Origin: a virus
Strand: one strand, 5' to 3'
DNA: 64,000 nucleotides
IMG/VR virus record: IMGVR_UViG_3300042049_000003
Coordinates: 5,949-69,948 of that record
Positions 47,763 to 56,224 of this stretch are shown here, piece after piece. Each line of letters begins with the position of its first letter. The first letter of the stretch is position 1. Below the pieces are notes generated by a model. It made no database searches. It was not told where the DNA came from and worked only from the letters and a program-made list of their open reading frames with translations. Both the position numbers and the translations under genes were made by a program.

Positions 47763-48272
47763 ATGCATCAATCAGAAGACTTGAATAAGGACTTACAAGA
47801 GTATTGCCTCATAGGGGATATTCAGAAAATTGTTAGGTCTATAGATAAAGGGGCAGATAGGTTTTGTGTAGATGAAGAAGGTCGTACTTGTCTTCATACA
47901 GCTTGCATAGCAGGAAATGTTGTAGTTGTTAGATTTCTTTTAAATTTTACATACCGTGTTGACGAGGATGCAAAGGATAAGTTTGGGCTCACTCCTTTTC
48001 ACTACGCATGTAAGTTGGGCTATAAAGAGATATGCATTATTCTTGTTAGTTATGGATGTCTTATAGACTGTATAGGTTCAGAAGGTACAGCTCTTCTTTT
48101 AGCTTGTAGAAATGGGTATGTAGATATAGCCAGACTTCTAATTAAAAGAGGTGCAGATGTGAACTATTGTGATCAGTTTGGAAAGAGTATTCTTTCAAAT
48201 TGTAGAATAAAAGGTTGTTTAGATATATTGTCTTTATTACTAGACAGTGGAGTTCTTGTTGACGATGGTTAA
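47763..48272 (+). CDS. Ankyrin repeat protein (about 4 repeats)
   Basis: GRTCLHTAC, GLTPFHYAC, GTALLLAC. Confidence 0.9.
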   Translation: MHQSEDLNKDLQEYCLIGDIQKIVRSIDKGADRFCVDEEGRTCLHTACIAGNVVVVRFLLNFTYRVDEDAKDKFGLTPFHYACKLGYKEICIILVSYGCLIDCIGSEGTALLLACRNGYVDIARLLIKRGADVNYCDQFGKSILSNCRIKGCLDILSLLLDSGVLVDDG

Positions 48273-48429
48273 AGAGCCAAAGTAACAGAATTATTTTTAA
48301 TGTTTTAATTTAGGTGTAAATTTAATAAAATATTTATACTATACATTCTATTCTTATAAATAAATTATTCGTTGTTAGTTCAATAAGGTTTATTTTAAAA
48401 ATTTGTACTTTCTGCGAAAAATAAAAATG

Positions 48430-48458
48430 TTGATTAAATTTTCGCTTTCTGTTAATAT
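48430..48458 (+). promoter_or_regulatory. Sigma70-like promoter TTGATT-17bp-TAATAT in a very AT-rich island
   Basis: -35 at 48430-48435 and -10 at 48453-48458, 32 bp upstream of ATG 48491. Confidence 0.5.
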
Positions 48459-48490
48459 TTAAAAATCAATATTATATTTTAGGTGGTAAA

Positions 48491-49582
48491 ATGGGTACAA
48501 GAGCTTATTCAAGTATAAGTAGGAGTTCGAGTGTACCCGCAGATTTATCTAAGTTAGATGAAATAGACCAGTTTCAAGCTACAGTAGTTAGAGCTGTAGA
48601 AAAAATTACTCCTCCAACAAAAATAATTCTATTAAGTCCAGACATGGCGTCCTCGCCTTATGTCACGTACAGTGAGATGAGTGTTCAAGATTATCAATTA
48701 GACCTTCTAGAGTCTTGCTCTACAGGAAATGAGAAGAACGTCAAGAAACTATTAGAAAAGAATTTAGATTTAGAGATAAGAGATGCGAAAGGGAATTCTG
48801 CTTTACATATAGCGTGTGGTTGGGGATACGTTAATATTGTACAGGCTTTAATCTCAAAAGGATGTGACATAGAATCCAGAGATGCAGATTCTGATACAAG
48901 TTTACACCTAGCATGTAGACATGGATATCCTGAAATTGTTCAAGAACTTCTTGATTGCGGCGCAGACCCTACCGCTTTAGATAAAGATGGAGATGAGCCT
49001 TTACATATCGCTTGTGTGTATGGGTACACTAAAGTTGTAAAATGTCTTTTAATGAAGACATTTACAAATTTAAAAGGCAGTAATGGAGCTTCACCACTAC
49101 ATACAGCTTGTTGTAGCGGATACATTGAGATTGCAGACATGTTAATTCTTTCTGGTTGTGATATAGATGTAAAGGATAAAGACGGGTTCACTCCACTCCA
49201 TTACGCTAGTGTTAAAGGAAGCACCCCAATAGTTAAGAGGCTTCTACAGAAAGGGGCAAGAATTGAGGAAAGTTCATATAAATTTACAGCTCTACATTTA
49301 GCTTGTCAGATGGGCTACTTAGGTGTCGCCATGGTGTTATTAGACAACGGTGCTAAAGTTAATGTGGCTAATATTTATAGAGACACACCTTTGCACCTAG
49401 CGTGTTCTTCGAATTCTTTGTCGATTGTTAAACTTCTCTGTACAAGAGACATACACTTTGACATTAAGAACGTGTGGGATATGACCCCACTTGACTTAGC
49501 TAAAGACAATAACTATGAAGATATTTGTTTAGTCTTAGAAAAAGCTATGTCACAAGACTACAGCTATGAAACTGTAGTATAA
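48491..49582 (+). CDS. Ankyrin repeat protein with Ser/Pro-rich N-terminal extension
   Basis: About 65-aa non-ankyrin leader followed by about 8-9 repeats. Confidence 0.95.
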   Translation: MGTRAYSSISRSSSVPADLSKLDEIDQFQATVVRAVEKITPPTKIILLSPDMASSPYVTYSEMSVQDYQLDLLESCSTGNEKNVKKLLEKNLDLEIRDAKGNSALHIACGWGYVNIVQALISKGCDIESRDADSDTSLHLACRHGYPEIVQELLDCGADPTALDKDGDEPLHIACVYGYTKVVKCLLMKTFTNLKGSNGASPLHTACCSGYIEIADMLILSGCDIDVKDKDGFTPLHYASVKGSTPIVKRLLQKGARIEESSYKFTALHLACQMGYLGVAMVLLDNGAKVNVANIYRDTPLHLACSSNSLSIVKLLCTRDIHFDIKNVWDMTPLDLAKDNNYEDICLVLEKAMSQDYSYETVV

Positions 49583-49694
49583 ACCCACAATTTATTTTAC
49601 ATATCTTAGAATCCGTTTTAATCGGTGTTTAGGTTAAGAAATCTTTACCTTGTTTATGAGGGCAAAGTGTGTAGCAGTTTTAGAGGGAAAAAAC

Positions 49695-50540
49695 ATGGAT
49701 AAAGAACTAGCATGTGTAACAGGATATAAGGATAAGTCCCCATTATTTATGAAGGAAGATAAAAGTTATTGTGGTGATCTTAGAAGAGCTTGTGCATCAC
49801 GTCCAGGATATACAGAGTTAGATATTGTACGTATTGTACAATATTGTATAAACAAGGGTGTGGATGTTAATACAGTTTTTGACTATGGAAAGTCTTTTCT
49901 TTTTTATGCATGTAGTAACGGTCAGGCAGACTCTGCCAAAATTCTTTTGGAGGCTGGAGCTGATATCAATGCCCGAACTAGTTGGGGTGTTAGTGCATTC
50001 GATTTTTCATGTAGAAGAGGTTACACGGAAGTTGTAAAAATTCTCTTACAACATGGGGCGTGTAATGATTTACAGAGACAACTTCGTTTAGCATGTTCTT
50101 TAGGGTTTTTAGACCTTGTTAAACTCTTTATAGAAGAAGGTGCAGACATAGACGACACCTATTCAGGGAGTGGGACTATTTTGATGATGTCGTGCAGGCA
50201 CAGGTACAATGAGTTATTCACACACCTACTATTAAAAGGAGCAAACGTCAACTTGACAGATAGTATAGGGTACTCACCTTTATATTATGCGTGTGCAAGG
50301 AATAATGTAGGAATGGTTAAATCTCTTATAGAGAATGGCGCGAATGTGAACCATTCCACAGAGTTTGGTGCAACGGCTCTTAGAATAGCTTGTTGTTTAG
50401 GGAATGCAAAGATAGTCCAACTCCTTCTAGAACAGAAAGTGGATCTTACAACAGTTAATTCTGTAGGTCATACAGCGCTCACCTCTGCACATATGTCCGG
50501 TCGAGATGATATAGTAGAGCTCTTAGAAAAGGAGGTATAA
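49695..50540 (+). CDS. Ankyrin repeat protein
   Basis: About 7 repeats (GKSFLFYAC, GYSPLYYAC, GATALRIAC); start ATG 49695 after GAGGG. Confidence 0.9.
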   Translation: MDKELACVTGYKDKSPLFMKEDKSYCGDLRRACASRPGYTELDIVRIVQYCINKGVDVNTVFDYGKSFLFYACSNGQADSAKILLEAGADINARTSWGVSAFDFSCRRGYTEVVKILLQHGACNDLQRQLRLACSLGFLDLVKLFIEEGADIDDTYSGSGTILMMSCRHRYNELFTHLLLKGANVNLTDSIGYSPLYYACARNNVGMVKSLIENGANVNHSTEFGATALRIACCLGNAKIVQLLLEQKVDLTTVNSVGHTALTSAHMSGRDDIVELLEKEV

Positions 50541-50607
50541 AGATGATAAGCAAGTGATTTAACAAAAGATAAAATAAATACAACGTAAACAAGATAGAGG
50601 AGAGAAT

Positions 50608-51081
50608 ATGTTTAAAGTTAATAATGCCGTGAATAAAACTTATCAGCCATATATTGAAGAGAGTTCTAATGAGATTTTTCCTGTTTCAGTGTTAGAAACT
50701 TCCAAAGGAAGACAGGTCAATCATACATCTTCAAGACAAGTAGTCAGTAGCTTATTCGAAGAGCCTACGCACTACCCAATAGTACCTAAACTTTCTTCTT
50801 GTCACATAAAACCTCTGAGACTGTCTTATTCAGAAGATAGAGTTGATCTTCTGAGAGATGCTATAAAGAGTGGGTTTCCTATTAATAGTATGTCTCAAGC
50901 AGGGAGAACGACTCTTCATCTTGTCTGTGAGAGTGGAGACCTAAAGATAGTAGAATTACTAGTTGGGTTAGGAGCAGACATAGAAAAAAAGGATAGAGGA
51001 GGAAGAACCTCTGTGGATATAGCTACACATTTTGGACATATTAAAATTGTAGAATTCTTGAAAGGAAAAGTAAATGAGTGA
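50608..51081 (+). CDS. Ankyrin repeat protein with long low-complexity N-terminal extension
   Basis: About 75-aa leader followed by 2 repeats (GRTTLHLVC, GRTSVDIA). Confidence 0.85.
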   Translation: MFKVNNAVNKTYQPYIEESSNEIFPVSVLETSKGRQVNHTSSRQVVSSLFEEPTHYPIVPKLSSCHIKPLRLSYSEDRVDLLRDAIKSGFPINSMSQAGRTTLHLVCESGDLKIVELLVGLGADIEKKDRGGRTSVDIATHFGHIKIVEFLKGKVNE

Positions 51082-51640
51082 AACATATAAGAACCGACAG
51101 ATAAGATCTATCAAAGAATTTTTAGATAGTGGAGGGGACATTAATGAGAGTTGGAAGTATGGAGCTACATTTCTTCATTCGGCTTGTGCGAACAAGGATA
51201 TAGATGAAGTTAGGTTTCTTATAGATAATGGAGCGAACCTTGAATCAAGGAGTGATATAGGAGAGACTCCTATACACATTTCCTGTTTCAAAGGGGTTGT
51301 AGACATAACTAAACTCCTCCTAGAAAAAGGGGCAAATCTCTATCTTATTAACGACTTTGGAATGAGTCCTTTTCAACTTGCTTGCCGACAGGGAAAGGCA
51401 TTGCTTGTTGAGTTCATGATTAATTATGGTGTAGATGTTAATTATACTGAATGGGAAAGTCACACACCTTTCTTTTTCGCATGTTACAGCGGTAATGTAG
51501 AAGTTGTTAGACTTCTTCTAGATAATGGAGCGAACCATATGTTGACTACTAAAGATGGCTTATTTCCTACAGAGATACTAAATGGTAAAGATGGTAAAGC
51601 CATTTGTGAACTATTTATAGAAAAAAGGGTGTGTTGCTAG
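51074..51640 (+). CDS. Ankyrin repeat protein
   Basis: About 5 repeats (GATFLHSAC, GETPIHISC, GMSPFQLAC). Confidence 0.9.
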   Translation: MSETYKNRQIRSIKEFLDSGGDINESWKYGATFLHSACANKDIDEVRFLIDNGANLESRSDIGETPIHISCFKGVVDITKLLLEKGANLYLINDFGMSPFQLACRQGKALLVEFMINYGVDVNYTEWESHTPFFFACYSGNVEVVRLLLDNGANHMLTTKDGLFPTEILNGKDGKAICELFIEKRVCC

Positions 51641-51684
51641 GATAACAATAAGAGAATTATTAAGATGTTAGAAAGGGAAAATCA

Positions 51685-53292
51685 ATGAGTAGTTTAGAGA
51701 ATGATTTACAGAATGCTTTCAGGATTGGAAACATGGACGTTATTCACAACCTTCTTGAGAATGGAGGAATTGTTAATGTGTCTAGTGAGTCCAGATACCC
51801 ACCTATGATCTCTGCGTCTAGACACAATCATCTAGACCTAGTGGAAAGACTCCTTGTTGAAGGTGAAAATGTTAATTGCACTATTAAGTCTGGTGAGACA
51901 CCACTGCATCTCGCATGTGAGTTTGGGAATACAGATATTGTTCAATTCCTCCTAAAGAACGGTGCAGACATCCACGCTAAAGACTATCAAGACTGGACAC
52001 CACTGCATCACGCATGTTTTAGAGGACACACGAACACCATCGAAATACTTATTAAGAATGGAGCAGATATCAATTTTGTTGATAGAGCGGGTCGCAATCC
52101 TGTATATATTGCATGTTATAGAGGTTGTGCTGATGTTATTAAAGTTCTTGCTGAGAACGGTGCGAAAGTTAACGGAGGAACAAGATCGTATAATTGCAAC
52201 CCTTTACACAACGCATGTGAAGGAGGTCATACAAAGGCGGTTAAAGCCTTACTTAAAGCAGGAGCCAACGTTCAAGTAGTTAACGGGTGTAAACTACGTT
52301 GGGAATGTTATCATGGACACACAGAGATTGTTCAATCTTTACTTGATTATGGTGTAAAAGTTAACAAACAAGACACGTTCGGAGCTACCCCTCTATATTA
52401 CGCGTGTGATGGGGGTCATACAGAGATTGTTAAAGCCATTCTTGAAAAGAAACCTGACGTCACTCTGTGTGATGACTACAACCAATCTGCTTTACACATT
52501 GCTTGTGAAAAAGGTTCAATAGAGATTGTTAAACTCCTCATCGATTATGATGTACAAACTGTTTTTTCTCGTACCAAAACACTACAGACACCTTTACAGC
52601 AGGCATGTAGAAACGGTCATGTGGATATAGTTGAATTGTTGATCAAGGCAGGTGCTGACGCGACTTCGAAGAGTAGATATTCTAGCGCCTTCGAAGATGC
52701 ATGTACAAGAGGTCACTTAGATATTGCTTCGGTACTTCTTAAACATGGAGTGGATATTAATCTTGTTTCTACTGATCAACAGTATAGTACAGTATTAGAG
52801 GCTGTTTGTTCACATGGTCAAAAACATGTTGTTGAATTCTTGCTTAAGAACGGCGCAGATGTCACCCTTTCTAAGAAAGGTCCGTCGACCTTATTATGCT
52901 ATGCATGTCTGAGATCTGATCTAGGTATGGTCAGACTTCTACTTGAAAAAGGTGCAGCTGTAGTTGATTCTACCGTCATTGACCCTAATAAAGGAAGAAG
53001 AACTACTTTGTCTTACATATGCAGGTCAAACAATACACTTGTAATGGAGTTACTTCTTGAGTTCGGAGTAGATATCAATATGAAGGATGAGATAGGGGTT
53101 ACTCCTTTGTTCTATGCATATAGAAACGGTCTTGTAGATTTGTTTCAATTTCTCCTAGACAATGGTGTAGATATTAACTGTCTTAAAGATGTCCCTATGA
53201 CAAAAGAGCGTTACCAGGGTTTTGCGGATCATGTAAAGGTTCTTCTTCTATTAGAGGAGGCAAGGAGATCTGTTAAAGAGTGTGTAGATTAA
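51685..53292 (+). CDS. Long ankyrin repeat protein (about 14 repeats)
   Basis: 535 aa of contiguous repeats; no other domain. Confidence 0.95.
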   Translation: MSSLENDLQNAFRIGNMDVIHNLLENGGIVNVSSESRYPPMISASRHNHLDLVERLLVEGENVNCTIKSGETPLHLACEFGNTDIVQFLLKNGADIHAKDYQDWTPLHHACFRGHTNTIEILIKNGADINFVDRAGRNPVYIACYRGCADVIKVLAENGAKVNGGTRSYNCNPLHNACEGGHTKAVKALLKAGANVQVVNGCKLRWECYHGHTEIVQSLLDYGVKVNKQDTFGATPLYYACDGGHTEIVKAILEKKPDVTLCDDYNQSALHIACEKGSIEIVKLLIDYDVQTVFSRTKTLQTPLQQACRNGHVDIVELLIKAGADATSKSRYSSAFEDACTRGHLDIASVLLKHGVDINLVSTDQQYSTVLEAVCSHGQKHVVEFLLKNGADVTLSKKGPSTLLCYACLRSDLGMVRLLLEKGAAVVDSTVIDPNKGRRTTLSYICRSNNTLVMELLLEFGVDINMKDEIGVTPLFYAYRNGLVDLFQFLLDNGVDINCLKDVPMTKERYQGFADHVKVLLLLEEARRSVKECVD

Positions 53293-53322
53293 GTAAAGTC
53301 TGTAGAGAAGAAAGGGAAGAAA

Positions 53323-53757
53323 ATGAATGAAGAGAAAGAACAACGTAAATTAGACGAAGAGTTAGTTATCTCATGCACCTTGGGTCATACGAAAGTTGTT
53401 CAACTCCTCCTCGAAAACAGCGCAGACGTCAACACAACTGATAAGGATGGCAACTCACCCCTACATCACGCATGTTCAAGGGGACATACGGATGTTGTTC
53501 GACTACTCCTTAAAAACGACGCAAACGTCAATGCGATTAATAATGAGGATAACACACCATTATATATCGCATGTAGGTACGGTCATACGATAGTTGTGAA
53601 ACTCCTCCTCGAAAACGGCGCAAACGTCAACACAACTTATGGTAAAGGGTGGTCACCACTACGTATCGCACATTTCCTAGATTATATAGATATAGAAGAT
53701 CTTCTAAAAGTGTGTATCAAGAGAGAAGAGTTTAAAGAGAATAAAGAAAGGAAATAA
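53323..53757 (+). CDS. Ankyrin repeat protein, near-consensus class
   Basis: N-cap EQRKLDEEL, 3-4 repeats, C-cap. Confidence 0.95.
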   Translation: MNEEKEQRKLDEELVISCTLGHTKVVQLLLENSADVNTTDKDGNSPLHHACSRGHTDVVRLLLKNDANVNAINNEDNTPLYIACRYGHTIVVKLLLENGANVNTTYGKGWSPLRIAHFLDYIDIEDLLKVCIKREEFKENKERK

Positions 53758-53758
53758 A

Positions 53759-54487
53759 ATGATTAAAACGAAAGAACAAATTGAATTATATGAAGAGTTA
53801 AGTGTTGCATGTAGAGAAGGTCACACAGATCTTGTTAAAGAACTCCTCCTTAAAAAAGGTGTAGACGTCCACGTGAAGAATAAGTATGGAGAGTCACCAC
53901 TGCTCATCGCATGTTGGTTTGGTCATACGGATGTTGTTCAACTACTCCTCGAAAACGGCGCAGACGTCAACGCGATTAATAATGATAATAACACACCATT
54001 ATATATCGCATGTAGGTATGGTCATACGAAAGTTGTGAAATTACTCCTAGAAAACGGCACATCCATGATGACAATTAATAATGAGTATGGTAACACACCA
54101 TTATATATCGCATGTGTTGAAGGTAATACGGATATTGTTGAATTACTCCTCGAAAACGGCGCAGACGTCAACACGACTGATAAGTATGGCAACTCACCTC
54201 TGAATTTTGCATGTAGTAAGAGCTATATAGATGTTGTTCAACTCCTCATAGAAAACGGAGCAGACGTCAACAAGGTTAATGAGTATGGTGAGACACCACT
54301 GCATCACACATGTTTATGGGGTAAGACAGAGATTGTTAAACTACTCCTAGAAAACGGCGCAAACATCAACACAGTTGGTCAGTATGGCAAAACACCATAC
54401 GATATCGTATATAGGTCGGATGATAGAGAGATCATAAAGCTTCTAGAAGAACACATAGAAAGAGAATCAAGAAAGGAAATAAAATGA
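53759..54487 (+). CDS. Ankyrin repeat protein, near-consensus class
   Basis: 6-7 repeats with LLLENGADVN. Confidence 0.95.
   Translation: MIKTKEQIELYEELSVACREGHTDLVKELLLKKGVDVHVKNKYGESPLLIACWFGHTDVVQLLLENGADVNAINNDNNTPLYIACRYGHTKVVKLLLENGTSMMTINNEYGNTPLYIACVEGNTDIVELLLENGADVNTTDKYGNSPLNFACSKSYIDVVQLLIENGADVNKVNEYGETPLHHTCLWGKTEIVKLLLENGANINTVGQYGKTPYDIVYRSDDREIIKLLEEHIERESRKEIK
53945..53971 (+). repeat. 27-bp sequence shared among ankyrin genes (also 54146-54172 and 63259-63285)
   Basis: CTCCTCGAAAACGGCGCAGACGTCAAC is identical at three sites. Confidence 0.9.
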
Positions 54488-54897
54488 TTGAAGAGAAAGA
54501 ACAACGTAAATTAGATCGAGGGTTAGTTAAGGCATGTTCGAGAGGTCGTTTAGATATTGTTGAATTACTAATTGAAAAAGGCGCAAACATAAACAATGTT
54601 GATGATACCAGCTGGTCCCCTCTACATTATGCATGTTATAATGGTTATACGAATATTGTTCAAGATCTCCTCGAAAGACAGGCGGATATTGAGATTCAAA
54701 CCGAGTGTGGTAGCTCCCCACTACATCTCGCATGTATTGATGGTCATACAGATGGTGTTAAATTACTCCTAGAAAAAGGTGCAAATGTTAACTTGACTCG
54801 TACGAATGGAGAGACACCACTATATGAGGCATATAGGTGGGGTTATACTGATATCATAGAACTTCTAATAGAACATATGAATAAAGAAAGAGGGTAA
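54484..54897 (+). CDS. Ankyrin repeat protein, near-consensus class
   Basis: N-cap nearly identical to that of 53323 (EEKEQRKLD). Confidence 0.95.
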   Translation: MIEEKEQRKLDRGLVKACSRGRLDIVELLIEKGANINNVDDTSWSPLHYACYNGYTNIVQDLLERQADIEIQTECGSSPLHLACIDGHTDGVKLLLEKGANVNLTRTNGETPLYEAYRWGYTDIIELLIEHMNKERG

Positions 54898-54898
54898 A

Positions 54899-56113
54899 AT
54901 GACTATAGAGAAAAAAGAACAAGCTAAATTAGATGAGTTGTTCATTATATCATGTGAATTGGGTAATACTGATCTTGTTCAAGAACTCATAGAAAAGGGT
55001 GCAAACGTTAACATGACTAAGTTGAATGGTCAGAAACCGCTGCATCGTGCATGTTGGAATGGTCATATAGAAGTTGTTAAATTACTCCTTACAAATGATG
55101 TAGATGTTAACGTGGTTAATAAGCAGGGCTACACACCGCTACATATCTCATGTGAATTTGATAATACAGAGATCGTAAAGCTGTTAAAACAGCACATCAA
55201 GAAAATGGATAAAATGACTACAGAGAAAAAAGTTCAAGATAAATTAGGGGTAGAGTTAGCTCAAGCCTGTTTAGAAGGTCATCTGGATATTGTTAAAGAA
55301 CTCCTAGAAAAAGGTGCAAATGTTAACTTGCCTGATAGTAAGGGTCAGACTCCACTGCATATCGCATGTTTTCAAGGTCATACAGATGTTGTTCAACTCC
55401 TCCTCGACAATGGTGCAGATGTTAACGTGACAGGTGGTTTTGGAAGTTCTCCCCTACATATCACATGTTGGCAAGGTCATACAGAGATTGTTCGACTCCT
55501 CCTAGAAAAAGGCGCACTCATAAACGTGACTGATGATTATGACAGCACACCCCTGCATATCGCATGTAACCATAGTTATACCGAGATCATAAAGCTGTTA
55601 AAACAGTACATAAAGAAAGGGTATAATATGGATAATGAGAAAAATAAAAAGTTACTAGATGCATGTTTAAATGGTGATTTAAAGATTATTCAACGACTCC
55701 TTAAAAACGGTGAACATGTCGACACAACTGATGAGCTTGGCTTCACACCACTGCATATCGCATGTTACAATGATAATACAGAGATTGTTCAACTCCTCAT
55801 AGACAACGGCGCAAACATCAACACAGTTGATGAGTATGACGACACACCATTACATAGCGCATGTTTAGAAGGTCATACTAACATTGTTAAACTCCTCCTT
55901 AAAAACGGCGCAAATGTTAACGTTGTTACTAAGGGTGGAAACACACCACTGCATTTCGCATGTTTAATGGGTAATCAGGTCGTTGTTGAGACACTCCTCA
56001 AGAACAGTGCAGACATCAATGTGTCTAATGAGGATGGTAGGTCTCCCCTACATCTCGCAAGTGAGGCAGGTCATACAGAGATTAGAAATCTTTTAGAGAA
56101 CCTTCCTTCATGA
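54899..56113 (+). CDS. Ankyrin repeat protein, apparent in-frame fusion of three gene units
   Basis: Internal C-cap/RBS/ATG junctions at 55214 and 55628. Confidence 0.9.
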   Translation: MTIEKKEQAKLDELFIISCELGNTDLVQELIEKGANVNMTKLNGQKPLHRACWNGHIEVVKLLLTNDVDVNVVNKQGYTPLHISCEFDNTEIVKLLKQHIKKMDKMTTEKKVQDKLGVELAQACLEGHLDIVKELLEKGANVNLPDSKGQTPLHIACFQGHTDVVQLLLDNGADVNVTGGFGSSPLHITCWQGHTEIVRLLLEKGALINVTDDYDSTPLHIACNHSYTEIIKLLKQYIKKGYNMDNEKNKKLLDACLNGDLKIIQRLLKNGEHVDTTDELGFTPLHIACYNDNTEIVQLLIDNGANINTVDEYDDTPLHSACLEGHTNIVKLLLKNGANVNVVTKGGNTPLHFACLMGNQVVVETLLKNSADINVSNEDGRSPLHLASEAGHTEIRNLLENLPS

Positions 56114-56224
56114 ATAATGTTTAGGTTGTTATACAGAGACTTCGAACTACTTATAACTTATATAAGAAGAAAGAAAGGTGATGTAAATCGCTTTATTAGC
56201 AATAAATTATTGGAGGGGAAGATC

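Noticed and set aside
48491-48515. N-myristoylation signal on ankyrin MGTRAYSS
   Set aside because: Position 6 is Tyr, not Ser/Thr, so it does not fit MGxxxS/T.
56117-56224. 36-aa N-terminal extension of ValRS as given by the ORF track
   Set aside because: No ValRS similarity; a GGAGG RBS precedes ATG 56225, and the segment looks like a decayed ankyrin tail.
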